From contig JAZDJQ010000011.1 of assembly GCA_043803765.1 (NCBI GenBank), forward strand, positions 1-61,162: a stretch of 61,162 nucleotides of DNA, read 5' to 3'. Source of the stretch: Candidatus Iainarchaeum sp. Lineage in GTDB: Archaea; Iainarchaeota; Iainarchaeia; Iainarchaeales; VGJJ01. The notes under the pieces were generated by a model. That model worked only from the letters and a program-made list of their open reading frames with translations, searched no databases and had not been told where the DNA came from. A program made the position numbers and the translations under genes. This document shows positions 48,681 through 58,279 of the stretch, one piece after another (within the stretch, counting starts at the first letter, position 1; every line of letters begins with the position of its first letter).

Positions 48681-49435
48681 CGCATTCCATTCCATAAAGG
48701 ATGAGCATATTTTTCCATCGAGAGAATACCGGCTTTTTCTATTTCATCTTTCGTCCATTTTCCTTCCGTAAATTTTTTGTTTTGCAAAAAACTTTCACGC
48801 AGGGTGGTATACACTTTTCCATTATTGTTCACACCCAATTGTTTTAGGCTCGTTACGCGTTCTTTAATCGTTTCAATCATTTTTCCTTTCATTTTTTCAT
48901 TCGGGACTTTTAACAAAGAAAACATTTTCTCTACATCCACATCGCAGAGAATGGTTCCATGCATTTGGAGTATTCCATTTCTCCGTGTTTGGGCGTTCCC
49001 CGAAATCTTTTTGCCATTCACCACAATATCATTGATGGGGACGAATTCTCCTTCTATTCCCACTTTTTTTAGTCCATTCAGAATCCATTCGGCAACATGA
49101 CGATACGATTCAATAATATTGCTTGGGAATAATTTTTCGGGTGCAATTACGCTGTAGGTTATTTCTCCGTCATAATCATGATAAACAGCGCCTCCTCCCG
49201 TGCGTCTTCTTACCACATCCACTTTTTGTTCAACGCACGCATTTACATCTACTTCTTGTGCGAGGGATTGGAAATACCCAATAGAAACAGCAGAGGGTTT
49301 CCATCGGTAAAATCGTATCGTGGGATTAACTTGCCCCATTGCTATTGCGTGGGCGCATGCTTCATCTAATGCCATGTTCATGAAAGCGGAATGCGTTTCA
49401 ATAGGAATGAGCCGCCACTCCGTTTGCAATGTCAC
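48677..49435 (-). CDS. lplA: Lipoate--protein ligase A catalytic subunit
   Basis: NMALDE, RRRTGGGAVYHD, KKISGNAQ. Confidence 0.92.
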   Translation of the reverse strand: MTLQTEWRLIPIETHSAFMNMALDEACAHAIAMGQVNPTIRFYRWKPSAVSIGYFQSLAQEVDVNACVEQKVDVVRRRTGGGAVYHDYDGEITYSVIAPEKLFPSNIIESYRHVAEWILNGLKKVGIEGEFVPINDIVVNGKKISGNAQTRRNGILQMHGTILCDVDVEKMFSLLKVPNEKMKGKMIETIKERVTSLKQLGVNNNGKVYTTLRESFLQNKKFTEGKWTKDEIEKAGILSMEKYAHPLWNGMR

Positions 49436-49719
49436 TGTACAATCGCCTCATGAATGAGTTTAGCAATACTTTCCGTGTTAATTCCGATGAGTTGAGCACC
49501 TTTTCTTTCCACCGCGCGGTCTAATAATTCTCGAATGCGGGATTCGGATGCTTCTACTGGCAAGCGGTAGAGTGCGTGTTCCATCTCGTGAATGGTTTCT
49601 TCCGGGTGGATGAAAAAGTCCCCGCACATTTTGCAATGGTGAAGAATCGTAGTATCATACTCTAGACTAAGCCGGAGGAGTTTCCCTTTAGGGACTTTAT
49701 AGGTAATGTCCGCATGCAT
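49432..49719 (-). CDS. lplB: Lipoate--protein ligase accessory subunit
   Basis: YKVPKGKLL, GDFFIHPEE; overlaps the lplA start. Confidence 0.85.
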   Translation of the reverse strand: MHADITYKVPKGKLLRLSLEYDTTILHHCKMCGDFFIHPEETIHEMEHALYRLPVEASESRIRELLDRAVERKGAQLIGINTESIAKLIHEAIVQ

Positions 49720-49759
49720 ACCCTCCTTATGCGTTTAGTCAATAAAAGAAAGGCGCCCC

Positions 49760-50698
49760 TTACTTTTTATCCTCACGAAGAGAATGGCTTTTTTTCTTCT
49801 CTCGGAGCGAACGTAAAATATCTTTAGCGCTTGAAAACGTGTTGAGTTCGTCTTCTCGAATAATAGGGATTTTTCCCTCCATTTCGGGCGGTTTTCCACT
49901 GCTAATCATCATTCCCGTATACTGAGTAATGTCTTCTGCTTTTTCTAAATGCTGTGCTTTTTTCACGAGTTGATGTTTGTTTTCTACATGTGAAACTAAT
50001 AATGGGTGTTCTTTTCCCGCAGCAGTAATCGGTGCGCGTTCAAATACTGAAAGTTTAATCCCCACTTCTTCTAATCGTTCAATCACGGATGGAGAGAATG
50101 GTTTTTCCCAGTCTTCTTTTGAAACAAACGGTTTTTCGAACACGTTAATCGGCTGTACAAGTGTGGTATGCAGTATTCTTTCTAATTTTTCTGCCGCATC
50201 AATATGGGCAGGCGAACCGTGCTCGTATCGATGTAAACTCTCTAAACTAATTCCTACGCTTTGGGAGAGTTCCTTCAATGTTAATTCGTTCGATTTTCGT
50301 TCATTTTGTAATCGTTGCGCGTCCAATTCAACAATATGTTGTCCTTTGTACGCGCGTTGCATGGGAAATTTTTCTTGAAGAGAATGCGTAAATCCAATAA
50401 AGGATAAAACAGGGAGTTCGTACCGGTCATATAACACATTATCTTTGAGCGTGAATACTTTTGATTTTTCTCCCACAATGATGGAGTATCCATTGAACGC
50501 ATACGCCATTTTTTTCAAATCGCGTGCATGTTCGGCACGCAATGCATCAATATTGAATAACACCTTAATGATGAGCACCTGCTCCTGCTTTCGTGCAATT
50601 ACATCAAAACAACTATTTGTATCAGAAAAGTCCTGGTACTGAAACCCGTTTCGTGCGAGGGTGTGTTTGATTTTTTGTAATAATATTTCGCGGGTCAT
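49760..50698 (-). CDS. Conserved archaeal HTH (Cro/C1) transcriptional regulator
   Basis: SCFDVIARK..IIKVL.NID; central HTH LKELSQSVGISLESLHRYE. Confidence 0.85.
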   Translation of the reverse strand: MTREILLQKIKHTLARNGFQYQDFSDTNSCFDVIARKQEQVLIIKVLFNIDALRAEHARDLKKMAYAFNGYSIIVGEKSKVFTLKDNVLYDRYELPVLSFIGFTHSLQEKFPMQRAYKGQHIVELDAQRLQNERKSNELTLKELSQSVGISLESLHRYEHGSPAHIDAAEKLERILHTTLVQPINVFEKPFVSKEDWEKPFSPSVIERLEEVGIKLSVFERAPITAAGKEHPLLVSHVENKHQLVKKAQHLEKAEDITQYTGMMISSGKPPEMEGKIPIIREDELNTFSSAKDILRSLREKKKSHSLREDKK

Positions 50699-51543
50699 AG
50701 GAGGAGAGATGCCAGCGCCACCAATCCAACCAGCATCCCTTTCTTCATGAGTGCGGATGCTTGTTCGGGGCGTTTCTCCATCAGGTCTCTTCCTGCGAGA
50801 ATAAAAATGAGGTTGGCGAATGTAACCAAAAGAGTGTAAATGAAACCCGCTCCTGCAAGGAAAGAGGGAAGATACGCCGTTGCGAGGGTAAAAAACAACA
50901 CGATTCCCACGATGATGTTTACTCCTCGGGCATTCAAAATATGGGATAAGCTGAGTTTGTTTCCTCTATCCTGCTCGGCATCCTCTACATCTTTGATTAT
51001 TTCTCTTGCCCAGTTAGCAAAGAAGGGAGAAAAGGAAACCAATACGACTAACGGTGTAATCGTGTGGACACTTGCTCCAAAAATGAATGTAAAACCAACG
51101 CTCAATGCAACGATAATGTTTCCAAAAAATTTAACGGACTTCATCGTGGCAGAATACAAAAATAATAGCACGGCAAAAAAGGATGCAATAGCAAACGTTA
51201 ATGGATTAATGAATGATGCAAATAGTATTCCCAATCCGAACAATAACAGTGCAAATATCAGCACATGTTTTTTTTGAATGCGTCCGCTTGGAATAGGCCG
51301 GTGTTTTTTTTGTTTCGCGTCAATAGCGGCATCAAAATAATCATTAATCGTTTGTCCTGCTCCTGAAATAAAGAAAACGGATAAGAGTGCATACCCAATG
51401 GATAAATCAAAAAAAATTCCACTCATACTAATGGCATATCCTAAGTATACGCCAATCATGGACATGAATGCATTTAGTGGTCGAATCAATTCAATGAGGG
51501 GATGGGCTTCTTTTTTGCTAAAAATAAGTGAATCACGTGCCAT
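50695..51543 (-). CDS. UbiA prenyltransferase, probable digeranylgeranylglyceryl phosphate synthase
   Basis: LIRP.N, NDYFD..ID, RPIPSG, REIIKDVED..QD. Confidence 0.85.
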   Translation of the reverse strand: MARDSLIFSKKEAHPLIELIRPLNAFMSMIGVYLGYAISMSGIFFDLSIGYALLSVFFISGAGQTINDYFDAAIDAKQKKHRPIPSGRIQKKHVLIFALLLFGLGILFASFINPLTFAIASFFAVLLFLYSATMKSVKFFGNIIVALSVGFTFIFGASVHTITPLVVLVSFSPFFANWAREIIKDVEDAEQDRGNKLSLSHILNARGVNIIVGIVLFFTLATAYLPSFLAGAGFIYTLLVTFANLIFILAGRDLMEKRPEQASALMKKGMLVGLVALASLLL

Positions 51544-51547
51544 GGTA

Positions 51548-51715
51548 TCAGGCCTTCGTGACCTTTCCCTTTTTCTTCAACCGTAATTGCACTGAACCGC
51601 ACTTTCGGCAGATGGTAATTTTCTTCCCATCGCTTCCCCTGTTGCGGGAATTGCATTTCATGCAAATATACATGTGCGCGTAGATACGCTTCATTGCTTC
51701 AGGAAATCGGGCCAT
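51548..51715 (-). CDS. rpl40e: 50S ribosomal protein L40e (not in ORF track)
   Basis: MARFPEAMKR...ICMKCNSRN...CRKCGS.QLRLK, 55 aa. Confidence 0.93.
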   Translation of the reverse strand: MARFPEAMKRIYAHMYICMKCNSRNRGSDGKKITICRKCGSVQLRLKKKGKVTKA

Positions 51716-51769
51716 ACATCAATCAACTCTACTAATTTGGTGGGAATAAACCTTTTAATAACACGCGAG

Positions 51770-51844
51770 TGCCCCCGGCGGGATTTGAACCCGCGTCAAG
51801 AGCTTGAAAGGCTCCGATCCTTAACCGGGCTAGACGACAGGGGC
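51770..51844 (-). tRNA. tRNA-Glu (TTC)
   Basis: 75-nt cloverleaf, CT-TTC-AA loop, GGTTCAAATCC. Confidence 0.96.
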
Positions 51845-51920
51845 AGTCTGCCTGTAGTAGTGAGAAGAATGGCGTGCTTTTTTAAACCGTTCATGGTGTT
51901 TTTCATTCATTGTTTAGGTG

Positions 51921-52058
51921 ATGGTATTGGGTTCTCGAGCAAAAGACACTTCGCGTTTCAAGAAAACACGGGCGAGGCAGCGGTGGAAGTGGAAAAAGAA
52001 GAAGATGCGCCGCGAGAGAAGGAAAAAGCGCTATTTGAGACAGCGAGCGAGACAGTAA
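51921..52058 (+). CDS. rpl41e: Ribosomal protein L41e (eL41/eS32)-like (not in ORF track)
   Basis: 45 aa, RWKWKKKKMRRERRKKR; AGGTG directly before the ATG. Confidence 0.75.
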   Translation: MVLGSRAKDTSRFKKTRARQRWKWKKKKMRRERRKKRYLRQRARQ

Positions 52059-52128
52059 GGAATTATTTTTTCCCTTCTTGTTATAGTTGTCTTTATTTTT
52101 TTTTATTTACTTGAAACCCATTCCTTAA

Positions 52129-52719
52129 TCATCGGTGCGGTGGTCTTCTTTTTAGTAAACGACGCGCGGTTGATTTGAGATGATGTTGGGGTATTTCTCT
52201 TTTTTTGACGGCTGATTTGAATGCGTCTCGTGCTATTTTCCATCGGAGATGTTCAAGAAAAACCGAAACATCGAGGTGCTTTCCTGGTTTTGGGATGATG
52301 CGCCGGCGTTGATATTGGCGTTGACGGAGCGGCCTTATTATCCAACCCAACTGAATGTATCGGATAGTTGGAATTTTTCGCAAGAGGGATTGAATGGCAT
52401 AGTATTCAAGGAGGTTCGCTATTCCTTTTCCCATAAGTGGTTCCTGTATAGGAACATCCCCTGGTATGGCCACCCTATCGTGTCCTAATGGATAGTAAGA
52501 ATTCATGATCGCTTCTTGCCATGCAACGTTCACGTCGAAACCAACGTTCCCTATTTTGCCCCGATGCAACCCCGCACGGGTCAATGCTTCTCGAATAACA
52601 GGATTGCTGATAAAATTTGGAGAAGCCCGCTTTCGTTCGTCTGCATAGAATGATACCTTCCAATAGTTTGATGGAAGCAGATCTTCGTGCTCTATTTTCA
52701 CCCTAATTCCTTTCATCAT
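52129..52719 (-). CDS. Basic orphan with remote GNAT-like motif
   Basis: GKIGNV...LMGKGIANLL; C-terminus RRLLKRRPPHR. Confidence 0.5.
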   Translation of the reverse strand: MMKGIRVKIEHEDLLPSNYWKVSFYADERKRASPNFISNPVIREALTRAGLHRGKIGNVGFDVNVAWQEAIMNSYYPLGHDRVAIPGDVPIQEPLMGKGIANLLEYYAIQSLLRKIPTIRYIQLGWIIRPLRQRQYQRRRIIPKPGKHLDVSVFLEHLRWKIARDAFKSAVKKREIPQHHLKSTARRLLKRRPPHR

Positions 52720-53162
52720 TCTAAAAAGTTCTTGGAGTATTAATGGTTATTTTTCTTTTACTCAAATTCTTCGACTCTTGACCTATCTTTAAAAGACTTC
52801 GCCAGCTCTTACACTACAATCCAATGCAGTGTTGTTTTGGATTTTGAGCGCATCCTAGCACTCTTTGAAAGAAGGGCATGTTCTGGGACACGCGCTACTG
52901 TATTGCCACCAAAGGAATCCACTGGCTCGTTTTGAGCTGGGATAGGGAAAGATGAGTCCCGAAATTAGCGTCAATGCCTTTGGGATGATGTTGGTTGGAA
53001 GCAAAGAACGTGTTTTTTACGTTTCAATTTGAAATGTAATCACGCCAAATTTCTTGAAAGTTTGAAGTCCTTGAAATATTCGAGTACGTACGTTTAGTAG
53101 GATTTCAGTTTGTTTTTTTTCTCGCGGCAAATATGAGGAAAATACATTCTGGTAAATTATTC

Positions 53163-54658
<1,496 letters not shown>

Positions 54659-54870
54659 TTAATGCAATCCAAATGGATTGCACGGTGATTTGTGGGAGAG
54701 GAGCAGCAATTTTTCTCTCCCACATCTAACACCACTAATACCTTGTCTATCACGACGTGTGCATGCGCCTTTTTAGAAAAAGGTGCGCGAAAAAATTGTC
54801 CCAGGAAAGGGACAACCCGATAAAAATTGCTTCCAACCTTTCCCTGATTTTTCCTTTTTTTTTACGAATT

Positions 54871-55512
54871 TTATTTTATTTTTGAAAAAAAATTGATATT
54901 ATCTTCTGAGATCTTGGTTATATCGATAAAGTGGTCTGCTATTCTGCCCAATTCATAAGCCATTAAATTCGGATGAGAAAGAAGTATGACTTTTTTCCCC
55001 ATGTTTTTAATGTATCTCACAGACTCTAATAAATCCACGTCTCCTGTGCAGAGAATTGCTACATCATAATTATTAGAATGTCCAAATGTGAGCAAGTCAA
55101 CTGCTATCTGAACATCAACACCTTTTTGAAAGATTGATAAGTCGACCGGGGAGTATTGAAGCGGTTTCGTCCTAAGTTCAACAAAGTCACAATCAAGGAG
55201 TTCTTTGAAAATCTGTTTTTGAATCAATTGCTTTTTTTCGACGTGTTTTATTTTACCTTCAAGAAGATGCCTTTTTTCTAAATCAGTTTCATTTGCATAT
55301 TGCCGTTTGAGTTTTGCTTTTAAGTTATCTTCAAAAGTCCCCGTATATAGATATGTGCGAATAAAATGCGGGTTATAACGCGACCACGAAAGATTATTTT
55401 CTAAGTATTCAGAGAGAAATTTATGCAAACCGCCTATAACGGGTTCACGTTGCCCGAGTGCAGAAACAGACTTGTTGAAGTTCTCTAAATCAACAAAAAC
55501 CATTACCTTCAT
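54871..55512 (-). CDS. NYN domain protein 2
   Basis: FVDLEN, QKGVDV, TGDVDL; AT-rich. Confidence 0.92.
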   Translation of the reverse strand: MKVMVFVDLENFNKSVSALGQREPVIGGLHKFLSEYLENNLSWSRYNPHFIRTYLYTGTFEDNLKAKLKRQYANETDLEKRHLLEGKIKHVEKKQLIQKQIFKELLDCDFVELRTKPLQYSPVDLSIFQKGVDVQIAVDLLTFGHSNNYDVAILCTGDVDLLESVRYIKNMGKKVILLSHPNLMAYELGRIADHFIDITKISEDNINFFSKIK

Positions 55513-55521
55513 AAATAAAAT

Positions 55522-55555
55522 GGGGGCTTACCAGTGGCCTTCCGGCCCCGCCCCC
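55522..55555 (-). promoter_or_regulatory. GC-rich 5' leader hairpin of NYN gene 2
   Basis: GGGGGC...GGCC-GGAA-GGCC...GCCCCC on the minus strand, between TTTTTATA and the ATG. Confidence 0.5.
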
Positions 55556-55681
55556 TTACCATAGTAGGAAACAACTCATCCAAGAAGTATAAAAAACTAT
55601 CAGAAATTTTACGCACACCCCGTTTTCTTCACTAATGGCGTTTTTTTTCGTATTGGAAGTTGCCTTAAACTCATTTGGCAA

Positions 55682-55879
55682 CTATTTTCGTCTTTTCCTT
55701 TTCGTTTTACTTCTTGTTTTGCTTTTTTTTTCTACGTCTCCCCACAAAAAGGGAATGTCTACTTTCTGTGCGAGGACGAAAACGTCTCCTTCTTCTCCTT
55801 CTTTTTTCTTTGCGTGTCGTTTGCGATGCGCGTGTGCTGCTTTTTTCTTTCTTGTTTTTTTCTTTCCGTGGGCAACCAT
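55682..55879 (-). CDS. Small Lys/Arg-rich protein
   Basis: 65 aa; basic termini around a short hydrophobic core; CTTATA upstream. Confidence 0.5.
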   Translation of the reverse strand: MVAHGKKKTRKKKAAHAHRKRHAKKKEGEEGDVFVLAQKVDIPFLWGDVEKKSKTRSKTKRKRRK

Positions 55880-56079
55880 ATGCTTCTACGAATTATTTGG
55901 GTAATATAAGGAAGTTGCCTTTGCTGGCTTTGCCTGTAAAGTATAGAAAAAAAGAACTAAAACACTAAAACAACGGATTAAGCCCAATATCACGTTCAAT
56001 TTTTTTTTATCCGTCTCGTTTAAGCGGAGAGAAGGTATTACCGTTTATAACTTATTCTTCCCATTTTTGGTAATAGAGT

Positions 56080-56153
56080 GGGCCTGTAGCTCAGCCTGGT
56101 AGAGCGTCTCTTTTGCAACGAGAAGGTCATGGGTTCGAATCCCGTCGGGTCCA
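56080..56153 (+). tRNA. tRNA-Ala (TGC)
   Basis: Cloverleaf with G3-U70; TT-TGC-AA loop; TTTATAA at about 56044. Confidence 0.95.
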
Positions 56154-56370
56154 TTATTCGCTTTTTTCCTATTTTTTTCTGTAAAACAACAAGGTCGTTG
56201 CGTCAGCAATTTTTTTCCCGGGTTTTTTACGAAGTAAAAAGGCCGTTGTGGTAGATTTTTTTCGCCGGCCTTTTTCTAAAAGGCCGTGCGACAGCTATTT
56301 ATTCTCCAATTGTTCTTTTTTTCCAGCTAACTCCCACTACGCCATCAACCCTGAGGAGGATTGAAACAAG

Positions 56371-56769
56371 ATGGCTAATCCTGTTGTACATTTTGAGGTG
56401 CCGGTACGCAAGGCCAAAATTAACAAAGTGCGTCGTTTCTATGAAGATGTTTTTGGTTGGAAGATTGAGAAAGTAAAGGGAATGGATTATTGGATGGTTC
56501 ATACTGACAAGACGGACCCTAAGACGGGGATGTTGCAGAGGAAAGGAATGATTAATGGTGGATTAATGAAGCGTCGTATGGAAAAAGGCCCTGTGATTGT
56601 GTTGCAGGTAAATAATGTGAAGAATCATATTCGTAAAGCGGAAGGAAAAGGTGCAAAAATTCTCATGCCCGCGACCCCAATGGGGGAAATGGGAATCTAT
56701 GCTCGTGTCCAAGACCCGGATGGTAATATGATTGGGCTATGGCAGACCACTCAAATCAAAAAGAGATGA
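56371..56769 (+). CDS. VOC/glyoxalase family protein
   Basis: PVVHFEV, FYEDVFGW, INGGL, DPDGNMIGLWQ; GAGGAGG RBS. Confidence 0.92.
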   Translation: MANPVVHFEVPVRKAKINKVRRFYEDVFGWKIEKVKGMDYWMVHTDKTDPKTGMLQRKGMINGGLMKRRMEKGPVIVLQVNNVKNHIRKAEGKGAKILMPATPMGEMGIYARVQDPDGNMIGLWQTTQIKKR

Positions 56770-56776
56770 ATAAGAT

Positions 56777-56804
56777 AGAAGGAGGAATTGCAGAGCCTCC
56801 TTCT
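56777..56804 (+). terminator. Hairpin after the VOC gene
   Basis: AGAAGGAGG...CCTCCTTCT 9-bp stem. Confidence 0.5.
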
Positions 56805-56966
56805 TAAACATTTTCCACGTTGAGAGTAGCATGTCTTCACGGACTCTTAATTCACATGTCGTTTCGGCTACGATGATGGAGAGTCCTCGCTATACGGATT
56901 TTATTGTGTTGTGGCGGGGGACGTAATACTGGGATTTTTTTTTCTTCGTGTTGCGTCCCCCGCCTC

Positions 56967-57224
56967 TTGTCCTTATCGAATCTGACCCTTACCCAGTGCG
57001 AGCTAGTCGTACAATTAGTATCATTGGATAATGAAACCGCTTCGGCTCTCGCTCGATTGTTTTGCGAGGAGAGGCAGATACCCGAATCCACGTACTGGCA
57101 TAATGTGAGAAGGCTGCGAGCGCGTGGTTTTCTTACTTTTGGTGGGGGTCAACCTGTGCGTCTTACAGTGCAGGGGAGGTTCTTGGCCAAGCAACTCTGC
57201 GAGGGGGTGATAATTCCAAAATGA
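56967..57224 (+). CDS. Small winged-helix protein; start uncertain (TTG 56967 or 56904)
   Basis: TASALAR...IPESTYWHNVRRLRARG...VRLTVQG. Confidence 0.6.
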   Translation: MSLSNLTLTQCELVVQLVSLDNETASALARLFCEERQIPESTYWHNVRRLRARGFLTFGGGQPVRLTVQGRFLAKQLCEGVIIPK

Positions 57225-57262
57225 GTGAGTGAAACTAAAGCAAGCGAAAAAAGAAAAAAAAA

Positions 57263-57361
57263 TTAGAGTGGGAGTGCATTCACCACTCCCACCAACCCTA
57301 TTGTTAAAATTCCTAAAAATCCCATTATTTTAATTCGATACATCATGGCTTGTTCGCTCAA
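57263..57361 (-). CDS. 32-aa single-TM peptide (not in ORF track)
   Basis: MSEQAMMYRIKIMGFLGILTIGLVGVVNALPL; GGGAGGTGG RBS, TTATAAA upstream, hairpin plus U tract at the end. Confidence 0.55.
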   Translation of the reverse strand: MSEQAMMYRIKIMGFLGILTIGLVGVVNALPL

Positions 57362-57481
57362 AACAAATCCACCTCCCAACCAATTATCAAAGAAAATTTC
57401 CTACTTTATAATAGACATTGTTCTGGTTCTTTTTTTCCTTTCATCATAAAGAATATATACTCAAGAATGTTTGCTTGCGTC

Positions 57482-57730
57482 ATGCTTCCTGTAGAACGTG
57501 CGAATAGGAAATTCTTGGACGGTATGGCAATCGGATTAACGATTGTGCTTATTTTAGCCATTTTTTTGAGCATGACGTCTCATTTTCATACGAGCGCGGG
57601 GTTGGTTATTTCCAAATCAATGGGCAGTAGTAGTGATAATAGAGGAATTCCTACCCTGCCCCATACTATAACAGCACCGAATTCGTCCTTTCCTTCTTCA
57701 TCTCCTCCTTTAAATGTAAAAAATAGGTGA
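57482..57730 (+). CDS. Small membrane-anchored hypothetical protein
   Basis: One TM helix and Ser/Pro-rich tail; AATATATA upstream. Confidence 0.45.
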   Translation: MLPVERANRKFLDGMAIGLTIVLILAIFLSMTSHFHTSAGLVISKSMGSSSDNRGIPTLPHTITAPNSSFPSSSPPLNVKNR

Positions 57731-58279
57731 GTATTGCCTTTTCGTTCTTATTGTGGGAATGATTATTCTATTCCTATTTTTTTCTTCGCCCTGCCGTCTT
57801 GTTTTTAATCCTTCCCAAAGAAGAGTTGTTCTAGTTCGTCCCTTCAAAAGGGGGATTGAATCATTCAAGCTTTAACAGCCTGAAATTGGGTGGAAGACCA
57901 AAATCAGTAAGGCAAAATAACGGCCTTTCTCTTTTTCTCTTTGACCCTTTTTCATGCGTTTGCAGCACCCGATTACGTCCTTGCAAAAGGTCCGGGTGTC
58001 ACAGGAGGAGGGTAGGGTTGGAGACTTTTCTTTTCAGCCTCTCGCGCGTTACAGCGCGGAAATGCACGTTTGTATTGCATTTTACCCAGTGATTCGTCAC
58101 AGGTCCACAACCGTTAAATAAAATAATAGTGAGTTCCGGGCTTGTTGGGATTTATTTTTGCTTATAACAATAAGTGAAATGAATCAAAATAAGCTAAGTA
58201 GAGTTCACACGGTTTTCTTATTGGGAATTGAGAAATCATTTCCTTATTTGAGAATCGTGGGAAGTCGAGAGAAAATTCT

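Noticed and set aside
118-52663. Numerous antisense or out-of-frame ORFs in the track, for example 2102-2785, 12752-13138, 16653-17177, 38302-38787 and 51674-52114
   Set aside because: They overlap well-supported genes or tRNAs and lack motifs or translation signals.
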